Positions 23,014 through 31,211 of a stretch of 38,134 bases of DNA are shown piece after piece; within the stretch, counting starts at the first letter, position 1, and the number at the start of each line of letters is the position of its first letter. Position numbers and translations under genes: made by a program. Source of the DNA: a virus. The notes beneath the pieces were generated by a model. It made no database searches. It was not told the origin of the DNA and saw only the letters and a list, made by a program, of their open reading frames with translations. The DNA lies in IMG/VR virus record IMGVR_UViG_3300047673_000075, positions 1-38,134 of that record; one strand, written 5' to 3'.

Positions 23014-23094
23014 ATGAATGCCTCCGACTTCGTGTGCCTCTTCATGCTGGCCCTGTTCATCCTCTCCGGCGTCTGCGCATGGAAGGCGGTTTGA
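23014..23094 (+). CDS. Possible 26-aa hydrophobic peptide
   Basis: MNASDFVCLFMLALFILSGVCAWKAV fills the gap before the replication gene. It is too short to be sure. Confidence 0.25.
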   Translation: MNASDFVCLFMLALFILSGVCAWKAV

Positions 23095-23095
23095 G

Positions 23096-23962
23096 ATGGC
23101 CAAATCCGAGGATAAAGCCGACGTCTGGATGCCGCTCTACATCGGCGATTACCTCGCCGATACGAGCCGTCTAACGACCGAGCAACACGGTGCCTATCTG
23201 CTGCTGTTGATGGATTACTGGCGCAATGGCCCCCCTCCAGACGACGAAGAAATTTTGCAAAACATCACTCGTTTGTCGAAGTTTCTTTGGAAGAAACACG
23301 GCCCCATTCTCAGAAAATTTTTTACGGTCGAAGAGGGCGTTTGGAAGCACAAGCGGATTGACGAAGAAATGACCAAAGCCTTATCCGACAAGGCTTTGGC
23401 ATCGGAGAAGGGGAAGAAGGGTGCAGAGGCAAGATGGGGAAAGAAGGATGCCACAGGCAATGCACAGGCATTGCCCGACGAATGGCCATCATCGTCACCA
23501 TCACCATCACCTATTCCTACTACTACCTCTACTGGTCAATCAATCGTCGTAGGTGCTAAAGCGCGTGCGAGCGATGACTCGATCCCGAAGAACGAGGCGG
23601 AATGGCTGCGGCACCTGTCGGCAAATCACGGCGTTGTCGCTGACCCGACGAGCGTCCATGACCGCAAGCGCTACTGGACGACTTTCGCCGCATGGGTCAA
23701 TGCCGGCGTTTCGACAGCGCAGGTCGATGCAGCCATTTCGAAGGCCTACCGCGAAGCGACAGAGCCGATTTCGAACATCGTCGCCTACGCGTCCAGGGTT
23801 CTGGATTCAATGACCGCCCCAACACAATCGCGACCTCGCAGCTACCACGACGAGCGCGCAGACACCATCGCAGGCCTGACCGGCAGGAGCCGAAACCATG
23901 AACCAGACGACGAACGCATCATCGATGTCACCGCAACAACCGTCGCAAGACTGGCCGGCTAA
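23096..23962 (+). CDS. Replication initiation protein with DUF1376 (YdaU-like) N-terminal domain, 288 aa
   Basis: VWMPLYIGDYLADTSRLTTEQHGAYLLLLMDYWRNGPPPDDEE...WKHKRIDEEM matches the DUF1376 pattern. Confidence 0.8.
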   Translation: MAKSEDKADVWMPLYIGDYLADTSRLTTEQHGAYLLLLMDYWRNGPPPDDEEILQNITRLSKFLWKKHGPILRKFFTVEEGVWKHKRIDEEMTKALSDKALASEKGKKGAEARWGKKDATGNAQALPDEWPSSSPSPSPIPTTTSTGQSIVVGAKARASDDSIPKNEAEWLRHLSANHGVVADPTSVHDRKRYWTTFAAWVNAGVSTAQVDAAISKAYREATEPISNIVAYASRVLDSMTAPTQSRPRSYHDERADTIAGLTGRSRNHEPDDERIIDVTATTVARLAG

Positions 23963-24545
23963 CGCCATCCCGCAGAAGTGGGTCGAAGTGCTCTTCGAAA
24001 AAATGACGGCGTTCTACGGCGCACGCTTCGCGGATCTCTGGCGCGGCGCCGATTCGAATGTGGTCAAGCGCTCATGGGGCATTGAACTCGCGAAGCTCTC
24101 CGGTTCGCAGATGAAGGCTGGTAGCGACAACCTCGCGCAGCTTGGCAGGGCTCCGACCCTTCCCGAGTTCATCGCTCACTGCAAGCAATGCCGCGTCGAA
24201 GCAGCGGCCCATGAAGCTCCCCAGATCGCTCACAGCCCATCGATCACGCCGGAGCAGGCTGCCGAGAACATCTCGCTCCTGAATCGGACGCTCGCGCGTA
24301 TGCAGCAGGCTTCGGCATCAGCCGAGTGGGCTTTTCGACTGATTCTCCGCGGCAAGTCGGCCTCCGGGCATTCGCTCCCCTTCGCCGTAGCGAAGTGCGC
24401 AACCGACGCAATCACGTCCTCAGCCGGTAAAGCCGTCGTCGAGGACTGCACCGATCCCGATCTCAAGACGCAATACGCCGAAATCCGGCAAACCATCGTC
24501 AATAACTACCGCATGCGCGGCCAACGCCTCTGGGAGACCCCGTGA
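23898..24545 (+). CDS. Lambda P-like replication protein (helicase loader), 215 aa
   Basis: WVEVLFEKMTAFYGARFADLW ... GRAPTLPEFIAHCKQCR parallels lambda P ...RPFLPSPGQFVAWCR. It overlaps the upstream gene by 65 nt; ATG 23925 is an alternative start. Confidence 0.6.
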   Translation: MNQTTNASSMSPQQPSQDWPANAIPQKWVEVLFEKMTAFYGARFADLWRGADSNVVKRSWGIELAKLSGSQMKAGSDNLAQLGRAPTLPEFIAHCKQCRVEAAAHEAPQIAHSPSITPEQAAENISLLNRTLARMQQASASAEWAFRLILRGKSASGHSLPFAVAKCATDAITSSAGKAVVEDCTDPDLKTQYAEIRQTIVNNYRMRGQRLWETP

Positions 24546-24652
24546 TGACCCTCGCAAACAACCCTGACGCAATGCGCGTCGTTTTCGTGATCGTTTGGAC
24601 GGGGCTCTGCCTCGCGGCTATGGCGGGGCTTTCGATGAGAGGAGAAGCGTGA
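24545..24652 (+). CDS. Possible small membrane protein (35 aa)
   Basis: MTLANNPDAMRVVFVIVWTGLCLAAMAGLSMRGEA. Start and stop overlap the neighbouring genes. Confidence 0.3.
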   Translation: MTLANNPDAMRVVFVIVWTGLCLAAMAGLSMRGEA

Positions 24653-24861
24653 TGGTGAAGGTCGGACAACGTTGGAAGGAAAACGATGGGCGATTCAATC
24701 GGACCGTCTCGATCGTTGATGTCGATTCGAAGCGCGGTAAGGCAGCGATCCGAACGATTGACCGGTACTACGGCACCGTGAGCGGCCGCAAGTCATGGGC
24801 GTCGATCGAACGCTTCAACGGGAAGAGCAACGGCTACACGCTGATTCAGGAGGCGAAATGA
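24652..24861 (+). CDS. Hypothetical protein (69 aa)
   Basis: Internal ATG of the track ORF. MVKVGQRWKENDGRFNRTVSIVDVD. Confidence 0.55.
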   Translation: MVKVGQRWKENDGRFNRTVSIVDVDSKRGKAAIRTIDRYYGTVSGRKSWASIERFNGKSNGYTLIQEAK

Positions 24862-25127
24862 GCGCGTGCAAGGGCATGAACTGCGGGTGTACGGATGGGA
24901 CGAATCATTCGGTGGAGTGTCGGGCGGAACACGCTGCTGCTGTGGCGAGTGGGCTGTTCCTCTCGCGTGACGAGTTCCAATCGATCAAGCGCGCTCTCGA
25001 AATCGCCGTGTTTCACATGCACCAGGACACCACAGCCCGCGGCAAAGCGGATTACTCGGTCGTGAGAGACGCGATGCGCTTTGTCACAGTCACCGCTACG
25101 CGCGCGTGCGGAGGCTCGGAATGCTGA
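24858..25127 (+). CDS. Hypothetical Cys-rich protein (89 aa)
   Basis: ATGA coupling at 24858..24861. Confidence 0.55.
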   Translation: MSACKGMNCGCTDGTNHSVECRAEHAAAVASGLFLSRDEFQSIKRALEIAVFHMHQDTTARGKADYSVVRDAMRFVTVTATRACGGSEC

Positions 25128-25612
25128 TCGGCATCGATCCTGGCATCAAGGGCGCGCTGGCCTTTTTCTACGACGACGGCCGTCAGGTTGTGCTCGACGT
25201 GCCAGTGCGTGAGAAGCGCGGCGGTGGCAACGAGGTCGATCCTCGCGTGTTGCAGCAGATGCTTCGCAACTACGTGCCGGCCGATGAGAAAGGTCTGGTC
25301 GTGATGGAGAGCGCGCACGCGTTCATGGGCGGCGGTGGCAAGCGTGTTGGTTCGATGGCTTCGCAGGCATCGCTGGCCGCAACCAAAGCCGTCATAGCGG
25401 CCGTATGCGAGTTGAGCGGCATGGACATAGCCTACGTGACGCCGCAGGCGTGGCATGCGTTCTTTGGCATCCGCAAGACGGATCGCGAGGACACCAAGGA
25501 TCAGAGCCTGCGCATCGCTCGCCAACTCTATCCGGACGTGAAGATCACCAAGACCAGCGGCCGGCCTGATGCGCTGCTGATCGGACGTTACGGACTGAGG
25601 AACCTCGTATGA
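25121..25612 (+). CDS. RuvC-like Holliday junction resolvase (163 aa)
   Basis: MLIGIDPGIKGALAFF (first catalytic Asp), VVMESAH, and C-terminal DALLIGRYG. Confidence 0.75.
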   Translation: MLIGIDPGIKGALAFFYDDGRQVVLDVPVREKRGGGNEVDPRVLQQMLRNYVPADEKGLVVMESAHAFMGGGGKRVGSMASQASLAATKAVIAAVCELSGMDIAYVTPQAWHAFFGIRKTDREDTKDQSLRIARQLYPDVKITKTSGRPDALLIGRYGLRNLV

Positions 25613-26040
25613 AAATCATTCGACAAGGCATGGTCCCGGAGAAGCGCGTATATCGCGCCACGTGCAAGCGTTGCGACACCGAAATCGAGTTCGAGAGGCA
25701 CGAAGCCACCTATGTCCCCGATCATAGAGACGGTGACTATCTCGTGATCTCCTGCCCGACGTGCATAGCTCAGATCATCGAAGGCGGTGCGTTGATGAAC
25801 CTCTACCTGATCTCGCAGAGCCAATGGACAGGCTACGACACGTTCGATTCGGCTGTCGTGTGCGCCGAGTCCGAAGAGCAAGCGCGCGACATGCATCCGC
25901 GTGGCGGCGCTCCTGTGAGCGTACGCGGTCGCGATGGCGATTGGGCCAGTTCGCCGGATCGAGTGCGCGTTCGATTTCTCGGGGTCGCATCTCCTGACCT
26001 TCCTCGGTGCGTCGTCTGCGCCTCTTTCAACGCGGGGTGA
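25609..26040 (+). CDS. Hypothetical protein (143 aa): N-terminal Zn-ribbon (CKRC...CPTC) plus a conserved phage C-terminal domain
   Basis: ATGA coupling to the resolvase gene. An internal ATG (MNLYLISQSQWTGYDTFDSAVVCAESEEQARDMHP) could also be used. Confidence 0.55.
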   Translation: MKIIRQGMVPEKRVYRATCKRCDTEIEFERHEATYVPDHRDGDYLVISCPTCIAQIIEGGALMNLYLISQSQWTGYDTFDSAVVCAESEEQARDMHPRGGAPVSVRGRDGDWASSPDRVRVRFLGVASPDLPRCVVCASFNAG

Positions 26041-26044
26041 TGCG

Positions 26045-26323
26045 ATGAACGCGATCCGTCAGCAGGGCAAGAGCCTCTTGGGCGTACTGCAACTCGCGGG
26101 AGCGCTCCCGAAGGATCCCGAGTTCCGCGCCTTCGTCGGCTACTTCATGGTCCCGCCGCGCGACGACCTGAGCGTTGATGAGGCAGCAACGTTCATTCGA
26201 ACCGCATGCGAAATCGAATCTCGGCGAGAACTTGCCACGAACGAGGAGGCGCAATGGCGCTTTCACAACCGAATTCGAAGGATGTTTCTCGCATGGAAGG
26301 AACGGCAGGAGGAGATCGCGTGA
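26045..26323 (+). CDS. Hypothetical protein (92 aa)
   Basis: Internal ATG of the track ORF, 4 nt after the upstream stop. Confidence 0.55.
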   Translation: MNAIRQQGKSLLGVLQLAGALPKDPEFRAFVGYFMVPPRDDLSVDEAATFIRTACEIESRRELATNEEAQWRFHNRIRRMFLAWKERQEEIA

Positions 26324-26712
26324 GCAACAAGGGCAAGGTAATGCACGAAGCCATGAAACGGCTATTCGAGCGGACCGGCCGGATCGGGGTCATCGATTAC
26401 GACCTGATCCGTGATCTTCTCGCAGAGGCATACGACGCCGGCACGCTCGCGGCTCCCGATATCGACGCTGCCCGCTGGCGCATGTTTTGCAAGGAGTTCG
26501 GCACATATGCAGCTCGCCAGATTGGGCGCTTCTACTTGCCGCCTCTTCCTGTGCGCGCCATCAGCTTCGATGCTGCAGATGAACTCGTCGTGCGAACAGG
26601 CGCGAGATGGCGTCTTGTCTGCGAATGGGCGGAACGCACCGGAGAAGCCGACACCATTCCGAAGTTCATCGACGTGATGCTTCGAGAGCATCGCAACGAC
26701 AGCAGCGAATAA
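26320..26712 (+). CDS. Hypothetical protein (130 aa), GTG start (ATG 26341 is an alternative)
   Basis: GTGA overlap with the upstream stop. Confidence 0.55.
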   Translation: MSNKGKVMHEAMKRLFERTGRIGVIDYDLIRDLLAEAYDAGTLAAPDIDAARWRMFCKEFGTYAARQIGRFYLPPLPVRAISFDAADELVVRTGARWRLVCEWAERTGEADTIPKFIDVMLREHRNDSSE

Positions 26713-26741
26713 GTCAACACATCAACACAACGGGGAAGCGC

Positions 26742-27185
26742 ATGGACCTGAACGCATTGGAATCACGGCTCGACAACTGGGCCCGCGCGCAACGCTCATC
26801 CGGCTTCGTAGGCGGCCGCGCATGCTCAGCGGAAGGCATGTTCCGCACCGGCTATCGCGAGTCGAGAGCAGCGCCCATTCCGCCCGACTATGCCGACGCT
26901 CAGATCGTCAACGACGCCTGGAAGCGGCTCTATCCGCTCGACAAGGATGTGCTGTGCATGCACTACGTCTGGCGCGCGCCGTCATCGTTCATCTGCCGCA
27001 GGCTTAAGCTGAAGCAGGGAAGGGGCAACGAGCACATTTGGACGTTCGCGCTCTGGCACGCGCAGCAGGCCATAGCACATGCCTTGGAGAAAATCGAGGG
27101 GGAATTTGTAAACCGGCCAAATTTGGCATATACTCGCGCGCATTCGATGACTAATTCCGGCGATTGCCGAGTGAGCGTGGCCTGA
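26742..27185 (+). CDS. Late-gene antiterminator, phage 82/21 Q-like (147 aa)
   Basis: LESRLDNWARAQRSS, DYADAQIVNDAWKRL and DVLCMHYVWRAPSSFICRRL parallel LERWGAWA, DDDAMIICGCMARL and LLVDYYVVGMTFMSLA of Q82-type proteins (from memory). It is followed by a promoter-plus-terminator unit. Confidence 0.6.
   Translation: MDLNALESRLDNWARAQRSSGFVGGRACSAEGMFRTGYRESRAAPIPPDYADAQIVNDAWKRLYPLDKDVLCMHYVWRAPSSFICRRLKLKQGRGNEHIWTFALWHAQQAIAHALEKIEGEFVNRPNLAYTRAHSMTNSGDCRVSVA
27106..27134 (+). promoter_or_regulatory. Late promoter (PR'-like): -35 TTGTAA, 17-nt spacer, -10 TATACT, inside the 3' end of the Q-like gene
   Basis: TTGTAA-accggccaaatttggca-TATACT, about 85 nt upstream of a strong terminator. Confidence 0.55.
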
Positions 27186-27218
27186 AGGTCCGGGCCTCGC
27201 TTACTCCAAGCCACACCG

Positions 27219-27257
27219 AGCCCCGCGCAGAGCAATCTGCCGGGGCTTTGTCGTTTC
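27219..27257 (+). terminator. Intrinsic terminator (tR'-like) downstream of the late promoter
   Basis: AGCCCCG(C)GCAG-agcaat-CTGCCGGGGCT (11 bp, one bulge) followed by TTGTCGTTTCT. Confidence 0.7.
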
Positions 27258-27270
27258 TGGAGCCTTTCCC

Positions 27271-27576
27271 GTGATTCCCTCCGTCAAATGCGTTGCGATC
27301 GTCAGCTTCGAGCAGGACGTCCGCAACGCGAAGATGTTCGTCGGCCTTGGCCATCCGGTGCCGCGCGTCGTGCAGTACTCGGTGACGCTCGATCCAGAGC
27401 GCCTCTCGCCTTCCGGTGAGCACATCCGCTTGGGCCAATGGGGCGACGGCAAGGGCTCTGGCGACGAAATCACGGGCTGGATTGCAGTCGCAGACATTCA
27501 TCTCGTCGAGCTGCTCGCGCAGTGGGACGGCCAGCAGTTCGTACCGATTCAACACAGCGCCGAGCGCGCAGCATAG
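27271..27576 (+). CDS. First late ORF, hypothetical (101 aa), GTG start
   Basis: GGAG lies 8 nt upstream. About four fifths of codons end in G/C (hand count), so this strand is coding and not the 183-aa antisense ORF. Confidence 0.55.
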   Translation: MIPSVKCVAIVSFEQDVRNAKMFVGLGHPVPRVVQYSVTLDPERLSPSGEHIRLGQWGDGKGSGDEITGWIAVADIHLVELLAQWDGQQFVPIQHSAERAA

Positions 27577-27584
27577 GAGCATCG

Positions 27585-27974
27585 ATGACCACCATCGCCA
27601 ACCTGATGGGCGCAGGCGTGCCCGCATCGCAGGCCCAAATGACCGTAGGAAAGCCGGTAACGGGTCTTTCCGGAGCAGGCACGTCGAGCCAAGGAGCCGC
27701 AACGGCGATCACGGCCGATGTGTCGGTCTTCTCGACCGTTGCCTTGAACTCGGGCGCTCGGCTCCCCGCGCAAAACGCTGCGAGCATGACCGCTCTCGCC
27801 GGTGACATCTACGTCGTCGCGAACTTCGGTGCCAACCCGCTGCTCGTATATCCGCCGACGGGAGGCAACATCTCGAATGCCGGCGTGAATACTGCGGTCA
27901 GCATCCCAGTCAACAAGACGGCCGATTTTTATTGCCTCGGTGGGAACATCTGGGCGGCAAGCATCGGTTCCTGA
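27585..27974 (+). CDS. Small beta-rich protein of unknown function (129 aa)
   Basis: AGGAG RBS. GDIYVVANFGANPLLVYPPTGGNISNAGVNTAVSIPVNKTADFYCLGGNIWAA. Confidence 0.65.
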   Translation: MTTIANLMGAGVPASQAQMTVGKPVTGLSGAGTSSQGAATAITADVSVFSTVALNSGARLPAQNAASMTALAGDIYVVANFGANPLLVYPPTGGNISNAGVNTAVSIPVNKTADFYCLGGNIWAASIGS

Positions 27975-27976
27975 AC

Positions 27977-28378
27977 ATGACCGCGACGACTTTCGACCAG
28001 AAGCTTTTCGACCGCATCTGCGAGCGAATGGCCGAAGGGGAGAGCCTGCGCGCCATCTGCAAGACGAAGGACTATCCCGCCAAGCGCACTGTGCTTCGGT
28101 GGGTCGCGAAGGATGAGAAGCTCGCCGCGCAGTATGCCGAAGCGCAGAACATGCGCGCCGAGCATTACTTCGACGAGATCATCGACATCGCGGACAAGGG
28201 CGCGGACCCGGCGAAGACTCGCGTTCAGGTCGACGCGCGCAAATGGGTTCTCGCCCGCATGAACCCGAAGAAGTACGGCGACAAGTTCACGCAGGAACTC
28301 ACCGGTGAGGGTGGCGGCGCACTCCAGGTGCAGATCGTTCGGTTTGGGGCTCCAGATGCCGACGATTCAGCTTCCTAA
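27977..28378 (+). CDS. terS: Terminase small subunit (133 aa)
   Basis: FDQKLFDRICERMAEGESLRAICKTKDYPAKRTVLRWV...AQYAEAQNMRAEHYFDEIIDIAD...VDARKWVLARMNPKKYGDK is the common HTH-type TerS pattern. Confidence 0.7.
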   Translation: MTATTFDQKLFDRICERMAEGESLRAICKTKDYPAKRTVLRWVAKDEKLAAQYAEAQNMRAEHYFDEIIDIADKGADPAKTRVQVDARKWVLARMNPKKYGDKFTQELTGEGGGALQVQIVRFGAPDADDSAS

Positions 28379-29819
28379 CGGCTGGAGGCCGCGCCCGTAT
28401 CAGCGTCCCGCGTGGGACTACATGGAGCGCGGCGGTCGGCATGCCGAGTTGATCTGGCATCGGCGAGCAGGCAAGGACGAATTGTCGCTTCACATGACGG
28501 CGTGCAAGAGCTTCGAGCGCGTCGGAACGTACTGGCACATGCTGCCGCTGGCATCGCAGGCGCGTAAGGCGATCTGGAACGCGGTGAACGGCCACACCGG
28601 CAAGCGCCGGATCGACGAAGCATTTCCACCGGCTCTGCGCAAGCGCACGAACGATCAGGAGATGTTCATCGAGTTCATCAACGGCTCGACGTGGCAGGTT
28701 CTCGGATCGGACAACTACAATGCGATGGTTGGTGCGCCTCCGGTTGGCCTCGTCTACTCGGAATGGGCTCTCGCTAACCCGGCCTCGCGCGCTTACCTTC
28801 GCCCGATCATCGCGGAAAACAAGGGCTGGGAAATCTTCATCACCACGCCCCGCGGCAAGAACCACGCATACCGCACGCTGAACGCGGCGCGCACGGAGTC
28901 AGGCGCATTCGCTCAGGTGTTGTCGGCCCGCGAGACTGGCATTTTCAACACCGAGCAGCTCGACAAGCTGCGCACGGCCTACATCGCAGACTTCGGCGAA
29001 GACATGGGCGTGGCGCTGTTCGAGCAGGAATATCTCTGCTCGTTCGATGCCGCGATCATCGGCGCCTTCTACTCGTCGGAGTTTCGGAAGGTCGATCAGG
29101 AAGGCCGCATCTGTCGTGTCCCGCATGATCCTGAGTTCCCGGTCTATACCGCTTGGGATTTGGGGCGCACGGATGATACGTCGATCTGGTGGTTTCAGAT
29201 CATCGCAGGCGAGATCCGCGTTATCGACTTCCACACGTCATCCGGAAAGAAACCGGGCTATTACGCGTCGCATATCATGGGCAGAGAAGTCGAGATCGAC
29301 CTTGTTCGCGATGATCTGATCGTCACAAAGGGAGACATTCTTCCCGAATGTGCTCACCGCATGGCGTATGACTACGGCACGCACTATCTGCCGCATGACG
29401 CGCGTGCGAAGACGCTGGCGGCCAAGGGCAAGTCTCTGATCGAGCAATACGGTGCCGCTCTCGGCACGGGCAAGATGGCGATCGTCCCGGACATCGGTGT
29501 TCTCGACGGCATCCAGGCTGCACGGACGATGTTTCCTCGCGTCTATTTCGACGAGGACCGCTGCTCAGAGGGCACCGATGCGCTGCGCGAATATCGCCGG
29601 CAGTGGGATGAACTGAAGAAGGTTTTCAGCCCCACGCCACTGCACAACTGGGCTTCGAACCCGGCAGATGCATTCCGCATGATGGCCGTCGCATGGAAAC
29701 ACGAGCAGGCCAAGCCGATCCCGCAGGAACCAGACTGGAACAACCTTGAAACCATCGGCACGCTCAATGACGCGTGGATGGATCACTCGCGCACGGTAAC
29801 TGCGCATCGGAGAATGTGA
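28356..29819 (+). CDS. terL: Terminase large subunit (487 aa)
   Basis: RPYQRPAWDYMERGGRHAELIWHRRAGKDE (Walker A-like), LVYSEWA (Walker B region), a C-terminal nuclease region, and its position next to terS. Confidence 0.85.
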   Translation: MPTIQLPNGWRPRPYQRPAWDYMERGGRHAELIWHRRAGKDELSLHMTACKSFERVGTYWHMLPLASQARKAIWNAVNGHTGKRRIDEAFPPALRKRTNDQEMFIEFINGSTWQVLGSDNYNAMVGAPPVGLVYSEWALANPASRAYLRPIIAENKGWEIFITTPRGKNHAYRTLNAARTESGAFAQVLSARETGIFNTEQLDKLRTAYIADFGEDMGVALFEQEYLCSFDAAIIGAFYSSEFRKVDQEGRICRVPHDPEFPVYTAWDLGRTDDTSIWWFQIIAGEIRVIDFHTSSGKKPGYYASHIMGREVEIDLVRDDLIVTKGDILPECAHRMAYDYGTHYLPHDARAKTLAAKGKSLIEQYGAALGTGKMAIVPDIGVLDGIQAARTMFPRVYFDEDRCSEGTDALREYRRQWDELKKVFSPTPLHNWASNPADAFRMMAVAWKHEQAKPIPQEPDWNNLETIGTLNDAWMDHSRTVTAHRRM

Positions 29820-30142
29820 TGTTTCTCGGACCTTTCACGGCACAGAGCAACACGATCAACATGGCGGTGACGACGACCAGCGGCGCAACGTCTGTCGTTC
29901 TTCCGGGTCGAGGCGAGACGATCCGCATCATCAATGAAGGGCCGAATATCGCGTATTTGTCGATCGGCGTCGGCGCTCAGACGGCGACGCTGCCGAGTGC
30001 ATCAGCTAAACCGACATCGACACCGGTGCTTGCCGGCACCGATGTGACGTTCAGCCTCCCAGATGTCGCCGGCTTGCAGATCGCAGCCATCTGCGGAACG
30101 GGTACGGCGACGCTCGACATTCAAGTCGGAAACGGCGTCTAA
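29819..30142 (+). CDS. Small beta-rich protein of unknown function (107 aa)
   Basis: Its start overlaps the terL stop. TSVVLPGRGETIRIINEGPNIAYLSIG...IAAICGTGTATLDIQVGNG. Confidence 0.6.
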   Translation: MFLGPFTAQSNTINMAVTTTSGATSVVLPGRGETIRIINEGPNIAYLSIGVGAQTATLPSASAKPTSTPVLAGTDVTFSLPDVAGLQIAAICGTGTATLDIQVGNGV

Positions 30143-30173
30143 CCATTCGGGAACAGGCGAACGGAGTTTAAAC

Positions 30174-31211
30174 ATGGTATTGCGCGCGTCATCGGGGGCT
30201 TCCAGCCCTAAAAGCGATTTTTGGGGCGTGAATGGACACATCACCTGGAATTGGACTCCCAATGCGCTTGGCTATTTGAAAGCGAATTGGGCGTTTGCAT
30301 GTCTGCGCATGCTCGAAATGGGCGTGCGCAGTTATCGAAACGGGTACGGGTTCTCGGAAGACGCATCCGGAAACGTGACCGGTTCGGACGGCGCCACGTT
30401 CGTAGATTTCATTACGAACTGCGCTCAGCCGTGCGGAATCAAAGTATCTCCCGTCTTGCTGATGACGTATTACCACGCGTCGATCACCAATGAAACGACC
30501 GCGTATAACTTCGGTTTTTCCCATGGCGCGGAGGCTGCGACCAAGCTGAAAGGTTTGGTGCCCTACTACGAAATGGCGAACGAGCTTGAAACGTGGTCGA
30601 TCACCGGTCGCGGCAACTGGCGCGGCGACTACGACATCCCGAAGTTCCGAATCAGCCGCGGTCTTTTGCGCGGCACGGTCGCAGGTATCCGCTCTGTAGA
30701 TCCTGTCACGCCAATCATGGGCGGTAACGGAACGTGGATGCATACCGCGTTCTATAAGAACCTGTTGATCGGCATGGAGCCTGATGGCACGACCGGTTAT
30801 CCGCTGCTCGATTGGGATCTCACGGGCTGGCACTGGTATGACAGCAATTACCCCGGCAACGACGACATCGAGAACGCCACGGCGCAGGGCAACTACAACA
30901 CGATTGCTGAAGTCTCAAGCTGGGGCAAGCCGGTCTACATCAACGAATGCGGTTGTCAGTGGGACAGCTATTCCAGCACTGAATCGCTGGTTCAGGCGGC
31001 ATTCGCTGCGAGGCTAGCCAAATTCTGGGCGATCCGTAAGACATATAACATCGTCCAGGTTTCGCCATATCAGTTGTTCGATGCGGCGAGCGCAGGCACG
31101 GCGGGCACGGCGCGGGAAATGAACTTCGGTTTCATCCAGAGCGATGGCGCGACCAAAAAGTCCCGTTATACGGACTTCCTGAACTTCATCAAGCTGCATC
31201 AGAACGCTTAA
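30174..31211 (+). CDS. Glycoside hydrolase, clan GH-A (GH5-like TIM barrel) moron, 345 aa, no signal peptide
   Basis: YYEMANELE (acid/base NE) and KPVYINECG (nucleophile E) lie about 115 residues apart. GGAG RBS. Its third-position GC is markedly lower than in the neighbours. Confidence 0.6.
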   Translation: MVLRASSGASSPKSDFWGVNGHITWNWTPNALGYLKANWAFACLRMLEMGVRSYRNGYGFSEDASGNVTGSDGATFVDFITNCAQPCGIKVSPVLLMTYYHASITNETTAYNFGFSHGAEAATKLKGLVPYYEMANELETWSITGRGNWRGDYDIPKFRISRGLLRGTVAGIRSVDPVTPIMGGNGTWMHTAFYKNLLIGMEPDGTTGYPLLDWDLTGWHWYDSNYPGNDDIENATAQGNYNTIAEVSSWGKPVYINECGCQWDSYSSTESLVQAAFAARLAKFWAIRKTYNIVQVSPYQLFDAASAGTAGTAREMNFGFIQSDGATKKSRYTDFLNFIKLHQNA

